A stretch of DNA of 57,827 nt, filler included, from Circinaria calcarea (taxonomy: Eukaryota), in NCBI GenBank assembly GCA_051942165.1. It is 4 parts of 4 records of this genome, joined end to end, with 100 filler letters (N's around TTAATTAATTAA, not from the genome) between each part and the next. Parts side by side here need not be neighbours in the genome. Positions count along the whole stretch, not along the records: positions 14,502 to 28,894 come from JAVECS010000435.1; positions 28,995 to 43,374 come from JAVECS010000436.1; 2 more parts are not named here. One strand, written 5' to 3'. The translations under genes and the position numbers were made by a program. Under the pieces are notes generated by a model that worked only from the letters and a program-made list of their open reading frames with translations, searched no databases and was not told the DNA's origin. Below are positions 23,201 through 35,193 of the stretch, in pieces; the stretch's first letter is position 1, and every line of letters starts with the position of its first letter.

Positions 23201-26200
23201 TTTGCGCCGGTAAGACTACGGAGCAAATCTGTTGTTTATGGAGGAGGACATCTTCTTACCTTTTACTGTACCGCGTAGAGGCACAAAGCGAGGACAATAG
23301 TTTATCTACGGACACTCCTCTACCTTCTCAGCAAGAGGAAGCAAGAGTGATCGCACTGTTGCAAATTTATTTCCCAGGCTCGTTTCAGCCATCCAACCTC
23401 CATCTCGATCCATCCACCCCACCCCACAGTGGCCGCAGCGGGCCCCCTGGACGAGAGGGGCGTTAATCACCACACGATCGTGGTGCCACCCGGCAAATCA
23501 TTCCGTGGCATTTTGGAATATGGTTTGCCTTTAACCTGCTGTATCCTATCTGCCTGACATTGTAGGCGTTTTTTAGTGGGCCCAACCCCTCTATCATTCA
23601 CGGAATGCTCGGTCGAAGCTGGAGAAATCCAGATCAAAACTGCAAATATGCATGTATCGAGCTTCGAGTTTCTCGATCACCATGAGACGGGGCAAAGGCG
23701 AATATAAGAACATCCCAGACGAGGCGATTTTGTTTTCAACTGCCCTGATTGGCGATGTGGTGAGATACCTCGAGTATGAAAGGTTCAATCGTTTGCCGTG
23801 CCACTCTCCGTCATCGTACTTGTTGCCACTCGAGCGTCCAAGCGGTGCTGGAGCAAGCGCTATCAGAGAGTACCAAGAATTATGCAGCGGCCCAATCTAC
23901 CCGAGGCCGGGCCCCCAATTTAGGATTAAACTCCTACGCTAATCCTGCTTTGTGCCACTTTAGGTCACGGTACATCTGGATTGGAAGCGCCAGGGCAGCA
24001 TCTCCGCATTCGGGCTTCCCACTCCACTCATACTTTTGCTTTGCAATCAGAGATATGACCTGATCACTAGCCTAACGGCAGCTCACGCCACCACGGTCAC
24101 CCCTTCACACATTGAGGCCTGGATTCGGGGCCAATCCAACGACGGCATCGGTCTGGGGATGCTACTGCAGAGGCCGGGACAATCAAGTGCGGATAGCCTC
24201 ATTACCTCCAGCATCGAACGTGGCTCGAGACTGACGATCACTTTACCCAGGGCTTAGATGGTGACCGCTTGGCACCCGCACTACCATACCCTCGTAGGCC
24301 AGCGCATCGTCTTTCCAATCTCGATAGCGGCCCCTGGGGCTTATCGACAAGCTCTTTTGTTCCAAATCGAGATGTGTAGATGCGCTGTTTGGACGCCCTT
24401 TCCCTTTCTTTGCTGTCGGTACATTCTGCCATAGCACAGAATACATGCGATGAAGGGGATACCAAATCCCTCTACGCTAGAATAATCCGCGATGCAAGAA
24501 GCCACAGATATACTCCGGCAAACGCTACCATGACCGTAAGCTAGGCCTCATCTCGGACGATGATTGAACTCACTCGCCCATCTAGACCGTTGTACCTAGC
24601 GCTAAGCTTGATCAGCATGGACGTTATGAACGCTGGCCCTCGATCCAGCCAGCTGCTGTGGGGACACAACCATCACCCCCTTAAACCTCCCCATCCTTAA
24701 CCCAACTCCAAGGGGCTGATCACTCATCCCCTTGTTCACACTATCGCCTTGGTACCGAGATTCTATGTACCTTTGAGACAACGACAATATCAAATTGGTA
24801 TCATTAACCTCTCCCGCGCTCATCCAAGAAGATCTGCAATGCTCTTCCTGAAACTTCTCCACCTTGATATACTTCATCCTCTTTGGACCGTGTATGGCCG
24901 CCTGTAGGTTACCGCATGCAGGCTGATGAGCATTTTCTGCTACCATGCAATAGAAGAATTACTACTCTCAAATGTGGGCGCCTTGTCGGGAAGCACGGAA
25001 ACCACCGATGAGACGGCCCATGTGCAGCAACTGGCGACGTTGGGGACCCTGACAAGGATAAAGCGAATTAGAGGGCATCAGGGGCGTTGCGGCGGAACCA
25101 GTTTTGTTTGGTAAGATGCACCATGGAGTGGTTTATTCATGTTACGTCCAAATGCTGCTTCCCTTTATCACCCAGCCAATCTTATCCTTGGCGGTTGTAA
25201 CGAAACTGAACACGATCACAAAAATAAAAGGCATGCTTCACAGCCGTAAAGGTATTTTCTGGATGCGTTATGTGCAGTGTGCGGCATGGAACCCCAATCT
25301 ACGTCGCCGAGTTGGCAGGAGAGCTGCAGAACGCGGGTACCCACACAGGGAGATTGGTAACCGACAAAAGAGGATCACCATGTCTTTATTATCTGCAAAG
25401 CGAGCAATCGAGGTTAACCCCTAATCAGGTGTCTATTTTCCTCAATCCAAATTGAGCGGGGCCAAATGTGCACATTTTGCCCCTTGCATAAGATCCGAGA
25501 ATCCCTTGTCACAGGATCACAATCTTTCTCAATATGTCTCGAGATTCTTGGAACAAGAGGTCATGACTATCACCGATCAACTACTACGCCACGGTAAGAT
25601 ACGTTAAAGCTTCACAGATTGGGAGGACTGGATCGAATCGGAGACATATTTACAGACCTCGAACTGGGCTTCCGTTCCCATACCTGTACGATTCTCCACA
25701 AATTTAGAACTTCGGAAGGCAGCTTCCTGTTCTCTTGAGCCCTGGGAGACGTTTGGCCCAGAGATAGTTTTACAGTACTCCACCTCCTACAAAGGGCGCT
25801 AGACAGGTCAACCTACCGAATAAGGCTTCCCTGGTTGCTCCACTTGGGGATCGGCCAGGCGTACGACTATTCGACTCTTTCAGGAGAGGAGCTCGCTAGC
25901 CTTCAACGTGATACAACAAGCTCGATTCTCACTTTCAAGCATCACCTCCTTATTGAGCCAACCAGCAACGTCACAACACCGCATATACTCGCATCAGGGC
26001 CTGCAGTCGCTTACTTTCGAATCATGGTCGATTTGGAGACCAGTTTACACGTGTATGGCCTACAACCTATCTAGGTCGTTCCTCTACGGAAAGCTCCAAA
26101 CTTATGACGAGATATAACTAAATCCAAATAGGCTGTAGCCCCTGATAATGAAGAAGTATAAGAATAAACCAATAGGATATCACAAGGGTGTTTCGTACAG

Positions 26201-28894
26201 ATATTACCTTGGTATATACCAAACCGTTTTATTCCAAGTATCTTCATATCCGCTTTGAGTAATCCCATAGCGGAACAGCATGTCGTTCATCCACGCCTTC
26301 ACAGACGATAGCCCAGGGCCTACTTCCTTCTTGATATCTAGTGCTGCAGATGCTCGTGAGAGGCATTGGCCATGTTTCGGGTAAGTGCTCCTTGCAAGGA
26401 GTAAAGAGACTAATGCTGAAGGGCTTCGAAAAGGTGCCCGGTCAACGTAAGCCGGCGTTTGGGCTAGTCTAAGGTACGTTTGACATGCAAGCATACGTTA
26501 GCTTCGCACTCGTGCAGCACAAGTTGGTATGGGAATACACAGGAGCACAAGACTACTCAGGCTGCTGTAAAACAAGCTATTGGCAGCGGCAATTCGGACT
26601 GTAGATTAGTTTCGTCTGTCATAGGTACTCCAAAGCAGGAACGAACATCCAAAGTATTCCGGAGAGTTAGAGTTGGGGGAGACTGTCGAAGCTTGCCCTG
26701 CCTGCATTGCAGAGATACGAGCAACTAGACCGGACCACTCTTGCTGCAAAGTCTTTTCCTGCCAGTACTCCCTGGTAGCTAACAGCACCCCATCCACGGG
26801 GCCTCCGATAATATGACTTATAGTTGCATATATCAAGCAGGAGAGAGCTTTGGACGATGTACCTCTGTCTGACGCTTCTAAAACGCTCGTCTGATTCTGA
26901 TGCGGCATGCCGAGTGGCAAGGGCCATGGCCATGGCCATCCCTCCATTCATGCCTCCTCCCATGTTTTGCGGAAAGGGAAAGTAGATACATCGCATGCAA
27001 GTTTGACAGCTGTCCAAGTTGCATATGCACCCTGTCCCATGCGAACTGGGGGCAGGGAAGTGCTGCACGAGGATTTCAATCGAGATCACATGCAGCCGAA
27101 GGGTGGGACCTACCGCAAGGCCTGCATATACCCGCTCGCTACTCCGTACTGGGAGTTATAAGCGCAGCAAGACGACGGCGTGGTGAAACCTCAGGAAGCT
27201 GCAAGATCTGACGTCCGCAACGGTTGGGCTGCAACAGCGGGGCTAGGTGCGGGGTCCGATACCCGATGAGGAGCGGACGGGTATCTTGATCCGGCTGCTG
27301 CTGCTGCTGTTGCTGTCGCTCACATGCACGCGATTATCTGCCGCACTCTCGTGCTTCTTGCACACCCAAGCTCCCGCCCGTCCTGCAGCCACAACGTCTA
27401 TCAACCGATCTGGGGTGGCGGTTCCGATTCATCGCTGCCAGCGAGCTACTGCGCCTCCGCATTTCCGGCCCTGGGGTCTCCTTCTCCGCCCTTCACACCA
27501 GACACACCTACATACCCTTTGGCCGACGACTATTGAGCGGGCTCCATGCATGCGGAAGGGTAGATGGCACAAAGTTCTCCATGAACAGACGAAGCTTTGC
27601 CACGTATCTGTGCCTTGCCTGACGCTTCCCGGACACAACGTCTCAACAGTTGCCCATTGGCAGAGCTGTAACGGTTTGAAAACCCCCCCCCCCCGCAGAT
27701 TGTGCTCATCCTCGTTGAACTCCCCCGTCCATTCCTCGGTGCCGACGGGCATCCTGCGGACGGGGTGTGTGGCCCTAGAATTGTGCGATAACGCATAAAC
27801 GATCACGGAGGGTGAGTACTGCTTTTGGGTTCTTTTCCTGATGAAAAAAAAAAACTGTCAGCACTGGGAGGTCGGTCGCACTTTTTCGAACGCGGCCGTA
27901 GTTATGCGTTCTCGCCTGGGCACAGGGAGTTGCGTCGGACTAGCGCGCTTCTTCTTCTTCTGGGTGACTCCCCGCATTGAGGATAAGGGGGCATCTGCGG
28001 GGGGAAAAACCATGTCATACAGGATTCATAGTCTTTTTTTTTTTCAACTTGCAAAGATTTTTTGACCTTTTTTTTAACCGGATTCGTTCTACTATTCGGT
28101 TATTCTTCGCTATTTTATCATCTATCTCACTTATAATCTTTTGAAAAACTCGCAACTTCTTCTTCATTGGATTGTGTGCTCCCCCCTTTGCAAAGAGTTT
28201 GACAAAAGTATTGGTATTTATTTATACGACCAAAAGGTCGTCTGAGGCCCCATCGTAGTAGAATGGCCGAGGGGGGGAAAGAAACCCCCCCCCCCGAAAT
28301 CGGGAGAAACATGTGGAAAAAACACAGAGAGGCCGCACATTTCATTCATTTATTTTACATTTCATTCGAGGAACCATGTATTGAACAAGGGGGGGGGGAG
28401 TTTTGGGTTGGACGTTGGACAAAGGAAGGAGTAGACACCGAATCCCTTTTTTGACGAGAAACGCTCACGTTTTGAATGAATCAAGAAACCATCCAAAACC
28501 CTCAAACTCGGAACTGAAATCTCTCCTAAAAATTCCCACTTCTTTGGAAAGCTTCAAAACCCATTTCATCTCTCAATCACCCGACTCAACCCCCTCAATA
28601 CCTCCCTCAACCCCGGTGCTCCCTTCTCCTCCTCCTCCCTTGCTTTCTCCCTCTCTTCCAATCCCTGTGCCGCAATCCCTAGTACCGCTCCCGCGACCCG
28701 ATCGGCCAGGTCGTGGTACTGACCTAGTATGTGCACGTTCTCGGCAAAGGTGTCGATGGAAAATTCGAGGGCGGATGTGATGTTGTCGATTCGCGCGCGG
28801 GTGCTTTCTTGGAGAGAGAGGGTGGATGGGGCTTGGAGGGATTGGAGGGTGGAAAGGATGGTGGCTTGATTCGGAGGAAGGAGGGATGGGGAGA

Positions 28895-28994
28895 NNNNNN
28901 NNNNNNNNNNNNNNNNNNNNNNNNNNNNNNNNNNNNNNTTAATTAATTAANNNNNNNNNNNNNNNNNNNNNNNNNNNNNNNNNNNNNNNNNNNN
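28895..28994. other. Artificial contig linker N44-TTAATTAATTAA-N44
   Basis: Same 100-nt structure as the other two gaps. Confidence 0.97.
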
Positions 28995-29005
28995 AGCTAA
29001 GGTTC

Positions 29006-29250
29006 TTAAGGGGGGATGATGAGGATTTTGAATATCGCCAGGTAGACGAGAGTGAAGAGTTTGATGATAGGGGAGTTGAGGAAAGGGAACAGGAGGAGAA
29101 GTGGTTCGAGGAAGAGGAACCTCAGTGGGTAATAAACAACGGAGAGCATGAGCGGAAGCGTGAAGCTGTTGAAGGCGAGACCGGCATTCAAGACTTTTGA
29201 GTTCTAGCATGCCATGAAGGAGCTACCTCCGACCTCGAGGGGCTTGTAAC
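29006..29250 (-). CDS. Possible hydrophobic membrane-protein exon running into the gap
   Basis: NAGLAFNSFTLPLMLSVVYYPLRFLFLEPLLLLFPFLNSPIIKLFTLVYLAIFKILII with strongly C-ending codons. It lies in low-quality contig-end sequence and I do not recognise it. Confidence 0.25.
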
Positions 29251-32200
29251 TAATTAGCGAGAAAGACGATCAGCACGGTTTCACTAGGCAAGGATGGAGA
29301 CAACATGGGTATATATTTGGTTAGGGTTTGGGCCATGATCGGGTACCCAATAGCCGCGTCCCCAGTGTTACACCGTATTGCTGCGAACTGCATGCGGTCA
29401 GCCGATAAGGACCGCCACGAACGCGCCACTTGAACAATTCGTCTAAGGACCTAGGTATTCCCCCGGGGACGTTGATGAATCTGGTAAGTTCTACTCTATA
29501 TGTTCGTCTCTGAATGATGGATCGGCTCCAGCCGAAACTGTTGACATGGCTGTAGATACGTTTGGCTAAGGATTGGTCGTAGGAATGTCCTTTCGTTCAA
29601 GCTTGCAATGACTCGAGGAGCTTTGAACGGAGTTGGCGTCCTTTCATCGCGCCAGATCGACGATCGGGCCGTTGATATGCAGCTGTACAGTATCCAATCA
29701 GGGCAAAGTTACATAAAAATGCCGCAAACACTGGTTCAATAGTACGGAGAATGTTGTGACACGCAAATTAATGCAGCTTTGATGATGCACGCATGTCGAC
29801 GAGTACCTAGATAAAGACCGAAGGTCAAGTACGTATCAGGTCGATAATCCTACCCTTATCCCTTGAGTAATCCGCCGGGTGATAAACCCGAGCATTGTGC
29901 AATTCTCACCTTCATATTCTGGCAATCGTGGCCTTGTGTTTGTTAGATGGCGGGGTGCCTGGATCTTTGATGCCAGTGGTTCGGAGGTTGAAGTTCGGAA
30001 GAAGACCACCCAAATGACAGCGGCAGAGCCCTGCATAAATTTGGCCGACAGTCAGCTCAGTCTTGTGACATTGTTGTTGCATCCAGATAGATTGGGGCAA
30101 AGTGCAGATACAATTGGCAGACCAGGAGGGTCGCGTCGAGGCTGGAGTTGACTCTGTCCATGACTGGTTCCGTGCTCATTTGGGCTGGATCGCGGCAACA
30201 CCACCAGGAATGCCGGCGGACGGCGTTTTCAGTAGCAGCCGGCCTCTCGACCAATCCCAGCCTTGGGACGCCTCGAGCACGGCATTTGGCAGCACAGGGA
30301 ATGCCTTCGGAACCGAGCCTTTATTGCTGAAGGTGGGGAGATTGATGAGCTCAACATCCTGAAGCCGCTCTATCAGGAACGTCCATGACCGCCGGTCGCA
30401 TAGTAGATGTGCACCGTAGTTGTTGGGTTGCGCGTGATTGACGCTGAGGGGATGAGAAGGCTCGGTGGAGAGAGTCGCATCGATTAGACGGTGTGGCTTT
30501 GGGACCATGTTGACGTTTTGATAAGGCCCGTCTCTCCCACGGAAATGGGGGGCTGCTCACAGACGACGCCACACCAAGCTATCGAATCGCGTTGGATTTC
30601 CGGCCTGGGGCCTTGATGGATTAGATTATGTCAACGGGAACAAGTCCGAGGCAGGGACGTTGCTGCTGCTGCTTCACTCATCATCCACCAGCATTCGGCG
30701 TACAACCCATTCACAAGAATACCTGCAGTAAAGAAGACTCGACGATGCTGACTCGACTGTGCTTCGTCGACTGTGGCAGCACGCCCTGGCAAGGCGCCTT
30801 ATCGAAGCACGACAATCCGTTAGCGTGCTTCAATCGGATTACCTTACCCTTTGGCTCGGGGACTTGGCCCCTCCATTTTCTCCTGCCCAGTGCCCTGACT
30901 TGTTCCCGCTTCCCCCCAATCCCCTTCCCATCATCCCTCCAAAGCAGAAACCCCTCGCGACCCTAAGGGAATACCCATCCTATCTACTAATCCCCTTCAT
31001 ATGCCTCTTCCCGCCGCCAAATAATTTCCTTCTTACTGTGCTCCCTCCCGCCTTTTACTCTCCCACTCTCCCACTCTCCCACCATCATCGCTTGCTCATC
31101 AATCGCGCAAAATACTGGTCGACGCAGATCAGATCCCCGGAACTTGACCCGTTGGCCTCTGATTGTATCATCATTATCATCATCATCATCAGCAGCAGCA
31201 CACGTCCTGGACGCTGGAGAGCCTCGAGGGCAATCGATCTTCGCATTGCCGGGAGAGCGGTGCGTTAGCCCCAGGCTGCGCCAGTCGCCGCAACCTCCAA
31301 CTTTCTCTCGGGAGGCCGTCGCATTGGCCAATCTCGCAAGCCACATCGTCCGGCATCCCAGCAACCATTAACTCGTCCTACTCTCCCAAGCTACTCCCGT
31401 ACAGACAGCAGCCCCAATCCTTCCGGGGAGACCGTAACCCCTTCCCCCCCGGCAAACCAGTCCTGCTTTTTTCCTCCAGCGACTGTGCCGCTGTCATCTT
31501 CACTCACTGCGCTATCATTAGGATCTCACTGCCTGATCGTTCATGCTTCTCCTCCGTCCACGTCTCTTCGGTTCTTCGTCGACGATCGCAGCTCCGACCT
31601 AACTTGTCAAACATAACCTGCGCGACGAGCAACCTTGTCGCGATCGGCTGTCAACTCCCAAGTCTCCACGCTTCCTCATCCTTGCTTCAATCTTCTTGGA
31701 ACTCTCCGCTGCTTTTACTTCGGACCTTGGTACCCGGTCGCATTTGAGCACCAAAGGTTCATGGTTCTGCCACCGCAAGCGCACCTCTGTTCTTGTAGAC
31801 CAGTTGGCCCCGAGACCAATCATTCACCTTCAAATTCACGTTGGTCGCAAAGATTCAAATACGTGGATCTGTTGTCGCACATGTTTCTTTGACCGTTTGT
31901 CAGCCTCTACGGTATCGAAGCTGGGCACTAGCAGTTGTTATCCTGTCCTGGCTTCCCTACGGTTCTTTCAAACGCTGCAACGAGCGATAGGTCCAAACGG
32001 GCCGCATGTACTTGGCCGGTGTTGTTGAGATTGTTGGCGTATCTGAGACTAACTTTAGTAGACGCGGGTGAGGTTTCGCAGCGCCAAGTGGATCGCCGAA
32101 GTATTCACCGACCACGACGGATACAAGCTTGAATAAGGAAGCCTTCGTCGTTTCTACTACTGGCGCATCAAAGCGAACAATTCAGTGGCACGCGCGCAGA

Positions 32201-32315
32201 GCTCTCAAGAGAAGCATTGAGGCTCCCAGTCTCGCGCAGTCAAGGGTCTTCATTCTCTCTCCCGGACTCGACGTTTATTTCCCACAAGGCGTTACGCCTG
32301 CCCTACTCTCAAGCC

Positions 32316-34004
32316 ATGGCTACAGACAGCTTCAAGTCAGCAGGCGGATCAAATCAAGGCCAGTATGGCTTTGCGTCCGCCCAACCACTCTCTCCAATGA
32401 GTCAATCCAGCAATCCGTTCGATGCTGCCATGGCGCTACCGAATTTCTCACACGGACCTGAAAGGTTTAATATTCGTTCAGATCAAAATAAAGCATCGGC
32501 AATATTGATGCGCAGGCTGCCACGTAACACAACCAACGAGGCCCTCCGGAGTATGCTCTTGTTTGCCAAAGACTTTGTCGGTGCAGAGTTTGTGTCTACG
32601 GAGTTATCCGAGGATAAGGGCTACCTTTCCGCGATAGCCCGTTTCCGGACACCACTGGCTGCTCAGGAAGCTCGCGCGATGCTAGATGGAAAATCAAACG
32701 CGGCAAACCAGGCGAAGATGATTGTGGAGATTTTGCACCTTTCACCCACGGGCAGTCTTGGGCCTCGGCGGAACACCCTCGATGTAGCATATAGTCGCGG
32801 CGCGACCAGCTCTGGTTCTTCGACAGGGTCGTCAAGTGGCCCAAACACACGTCAATCGTCCAGATATAATGGTACTTTTCAGGCGTTGGACGGTGTTTCG
32901 CCTCCCGGTGGAATGTCAAACTTCAACGGTGGCGGCGCGCAAACCAGCGGAGAAGTCCCTTCTTCAGATACGGCTTCCCCCTTTCATGGGTTTTTCTCAC
33001 CTGCGTCTCCAATCGGTCACCCCCTTGAGCGCCAGCGTGTTTCCGGTAAATCAGTCATAGGCGAGGATGGCGTCGACGATGAAACGGGCGAGCTGCTCAA
33101 GGATCCGCTTGCCTATGCGAGGAACGATAGCATGGGTCAACTGTCCCGTCGAGCTACCAACCCACAAATACCTACTTCTCATTTTGCTAGCTTGACGCTG
33201 AGTAGCAATGCCCTGCCATCACCTCCGATCCACAACTTTACTTCTCCGAGGACCGCTGCACCTCTGCAAAGCCCTACCGCGGCAATGTCACCGACTGGAG
33301 TGACAAGCCTCGGCCCTAATGCGACGTATCAATTGGCCAGTCAACACTTTCAGCGTCATAATTATCCGCCTGTCAATCCAGCCGACCAGAATCCTCCATG
33401 TAATACCCTTTACGTTGGCAACCTTCCAATCGATACTTCCGAGGATGAATTGAAGGCTATGTTTTCCAAACAACGGGGTTACAAGCGTCTTTGCTTCAGA
33501 ACCAAGCAAAATGGGCCAATGTGTTTCGTCGAATTCGAAGATGTCTCCTTTGCGACAAAAGCGCTGAACGATCTCTACGGACACCCGTTGCATAATAGTG
33601 TCAAGGGTGGCATTCGCCTAAGCTTCTCCAAGAACCCCTTAGGAGTCCGCACCGGTCAACCAGGAGGAATGGGTGTGCCAACACCAATGTCCCCTCAAGG
33701 TCCTATGTCTGGTATGAATGGTCTCGCAGGGATGCAGTCCTTTTCTACGGCAAACGGTCCACCGCCGGGTCTTGCTGCCCCTCCTGGTTTGAGTAGCAGT
33801 AGCGGGACCAGTGGAGGCTCAATCAGCAGTTTAGGCAGCCCCTTGAGTACCGGAATGATGGAGAATCCGTTCGGGGGCCCAATGAGCCCGATGAGCGGTA
33901 TTGGCATTCCGAGCATGAGAAGTCCCCCGTTGACTGGATATATAGCGACTGGCGCAGGCGGGGCGTGGAATGGGCAGTTTCCCGATTACATGGTCAGCCG
34001 TTAG
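32316..34004 (+). CDS. WHI3: Whi3/Scw1-family RRM RNA-binding protein
   Basis: Signature PADQNPPCNTLYVGNLP...GYKRLCFRTKQNGPMCFVEFEDV...GGIRLSFSKNPLGVR, plus a degenerate N-terminal RRM (ILMRRLP..LRSMLLFA). Upstream exons are possible. Confidence 0.9.
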   Translation: MATDSFKSAGGSNQGQYGFASAQPLSPMSQSSNPFDAAMALPNFSHGPERFNIRSDQNKASAILMRRLPRNTTNEALRSMLLFAKDFVGAEFVSTELSEDKGYLSAIARFRTPLAAQEARAMLDGKSNAANQAKMIVEILHLSPTGSLGPRRNTLDVAYSRGATSSGSSTGSSSGPNTRQSSRYNGTFQALDGVSPPGGMSNFNGGGAQTSGEVPSSDTASPFHGFFSPASPIGHPLERQRVSGKSVIGEDGVDDETGELLKDPLAYARNDSMGQLSRRATNPQIPTSHFASLTLSSNALPSPPIHNFTSPRTAAPLQSPTAAMSPTGVTSLGPNATYQLASQHFQRHNYPPVNPADQNPPCNTLYVGNLPIDTSEDELKAMFSKQRGYKRLCFRTKQNGPMCFVEFEDVSFATKALNDLYGHPLHNSVKGGIRLSFSKNPLGVRTGQPGGMGVPTPMSPQGPMSGMNGLAGMQSFSTANGPPPGLAAPPGLSSSSGTSGGSISSLGSPLSTGMMENPFGGPMSPMSGIGIPSMRSPPLTGYIATGAGGAWNGQFPDYMVSR

Positions 34005-35193
34005 TGATCTTCACAGCCAGGTGCAGCATCTTTTCCTTTGTCGGCAGGGCGCTTTCTTTTTGGACAGGGCTCTCTCCCATCACCGGTCGCTTCCGTTTTT
34101 TCTTCACGTCTCCCCCAGGACCCGGATCTTCTTTTCTCGACATGTAGTGCATGAAGGGCTCTGGACGACGGCATGACATGAATAACGCATGTATTATCAG
34201 GACGAAGGGAGGGGCCTGCGGATTTGGTAGGTTTTGCGGTATACTTTGCGCGATGATTCCCCATTTGCGAACTCGACCAGTACACTTCAGGAGCACATTT
34301 GGTTGAGGGGTGCTTGTTCTACTCTCGGTGGTATGGCGATTTCTGAACAGGCGGATCTCTACAAGGTTCCTTTGGGGTTTGGGGTTGGTTAATTGACTGC
34401 CGGCATTTGATATGCGTCCGGAAAGATTTCATGTGGTGTGCATTGCATGGCGAGGATCGATGGGTTTGTTAGCAGGCGCAAACCGGGGTCTGGATTGGTA
34501 ATTCGGTCTGCGCACTCTGCAGTCGTCTACGATTCAGCATGATATCTAAAAAAGAAGTTGAATGCACAAAAATCTCGTCCCTGTTTTAATCCGTAAATCC
34601 TGATTCACAAGGGCGGGACTCCGGTCCAATCTCTGCCGTCACAGGTATCGTACCCTGAAAGATGGTCCATAGCAGTAGGCGGGCCAGGGATACTGGGCTT
34701 TAAGGGGGAGGAGTTAGCAGGGGGAGAGTCCAACCTTGGCCATTTCGCGTGGGGAAGGTAGTCCGTCGTTGGGTAATACGGGCGAGAAGGTGTCGCGACA
34801 CAGAATGCAGCAAAGAACGCTGTCCAGGCAAATTTGATTTGACCAGCCCATCCGGCTGAATTGGGAAGATGATAGTCCGTGTTACGTAGTAGCCATCTGA
34901 GGCTTATGTAAATTCACATCTGACAATGATCCCATCTCCATGCCGGCATCCGTGAATCGTCAAATATCCTACGCAGTTGGCGATGATTGTATTGGCGTCT
35001 GGAGATGGCCATGCTCCTCCCCGCCTTGTCCGCACGCGTCCACTGAATCGACGGGCCTTTCCAGAAAGCCCCTCTGCCTATACTTTGTAGCTTGATCCCG
35101 CACCGTTCCTTCCCTTCAACGCTCCACGCCAGCCAGAGAGCGTTGCTGGGCAGCCTCAGCTGCAACGGGGGAGGGAAACGACCCAACGCCGCT

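Noticed and set aside
26204..26494. Short minus-strand ORF (…WMNDMLFRYGITQSGYEDTWNKTVWYIPR)
   Set aside because: Looks protein-like, but I recognise no family and cannot build a consistent gene model.
27247..27806. Overlapping 125-183 aa ORFs on both strands
   Set aside because: GC-rich sequence with a CTG repeat, no domain or codon signal; likely chance ORFs.
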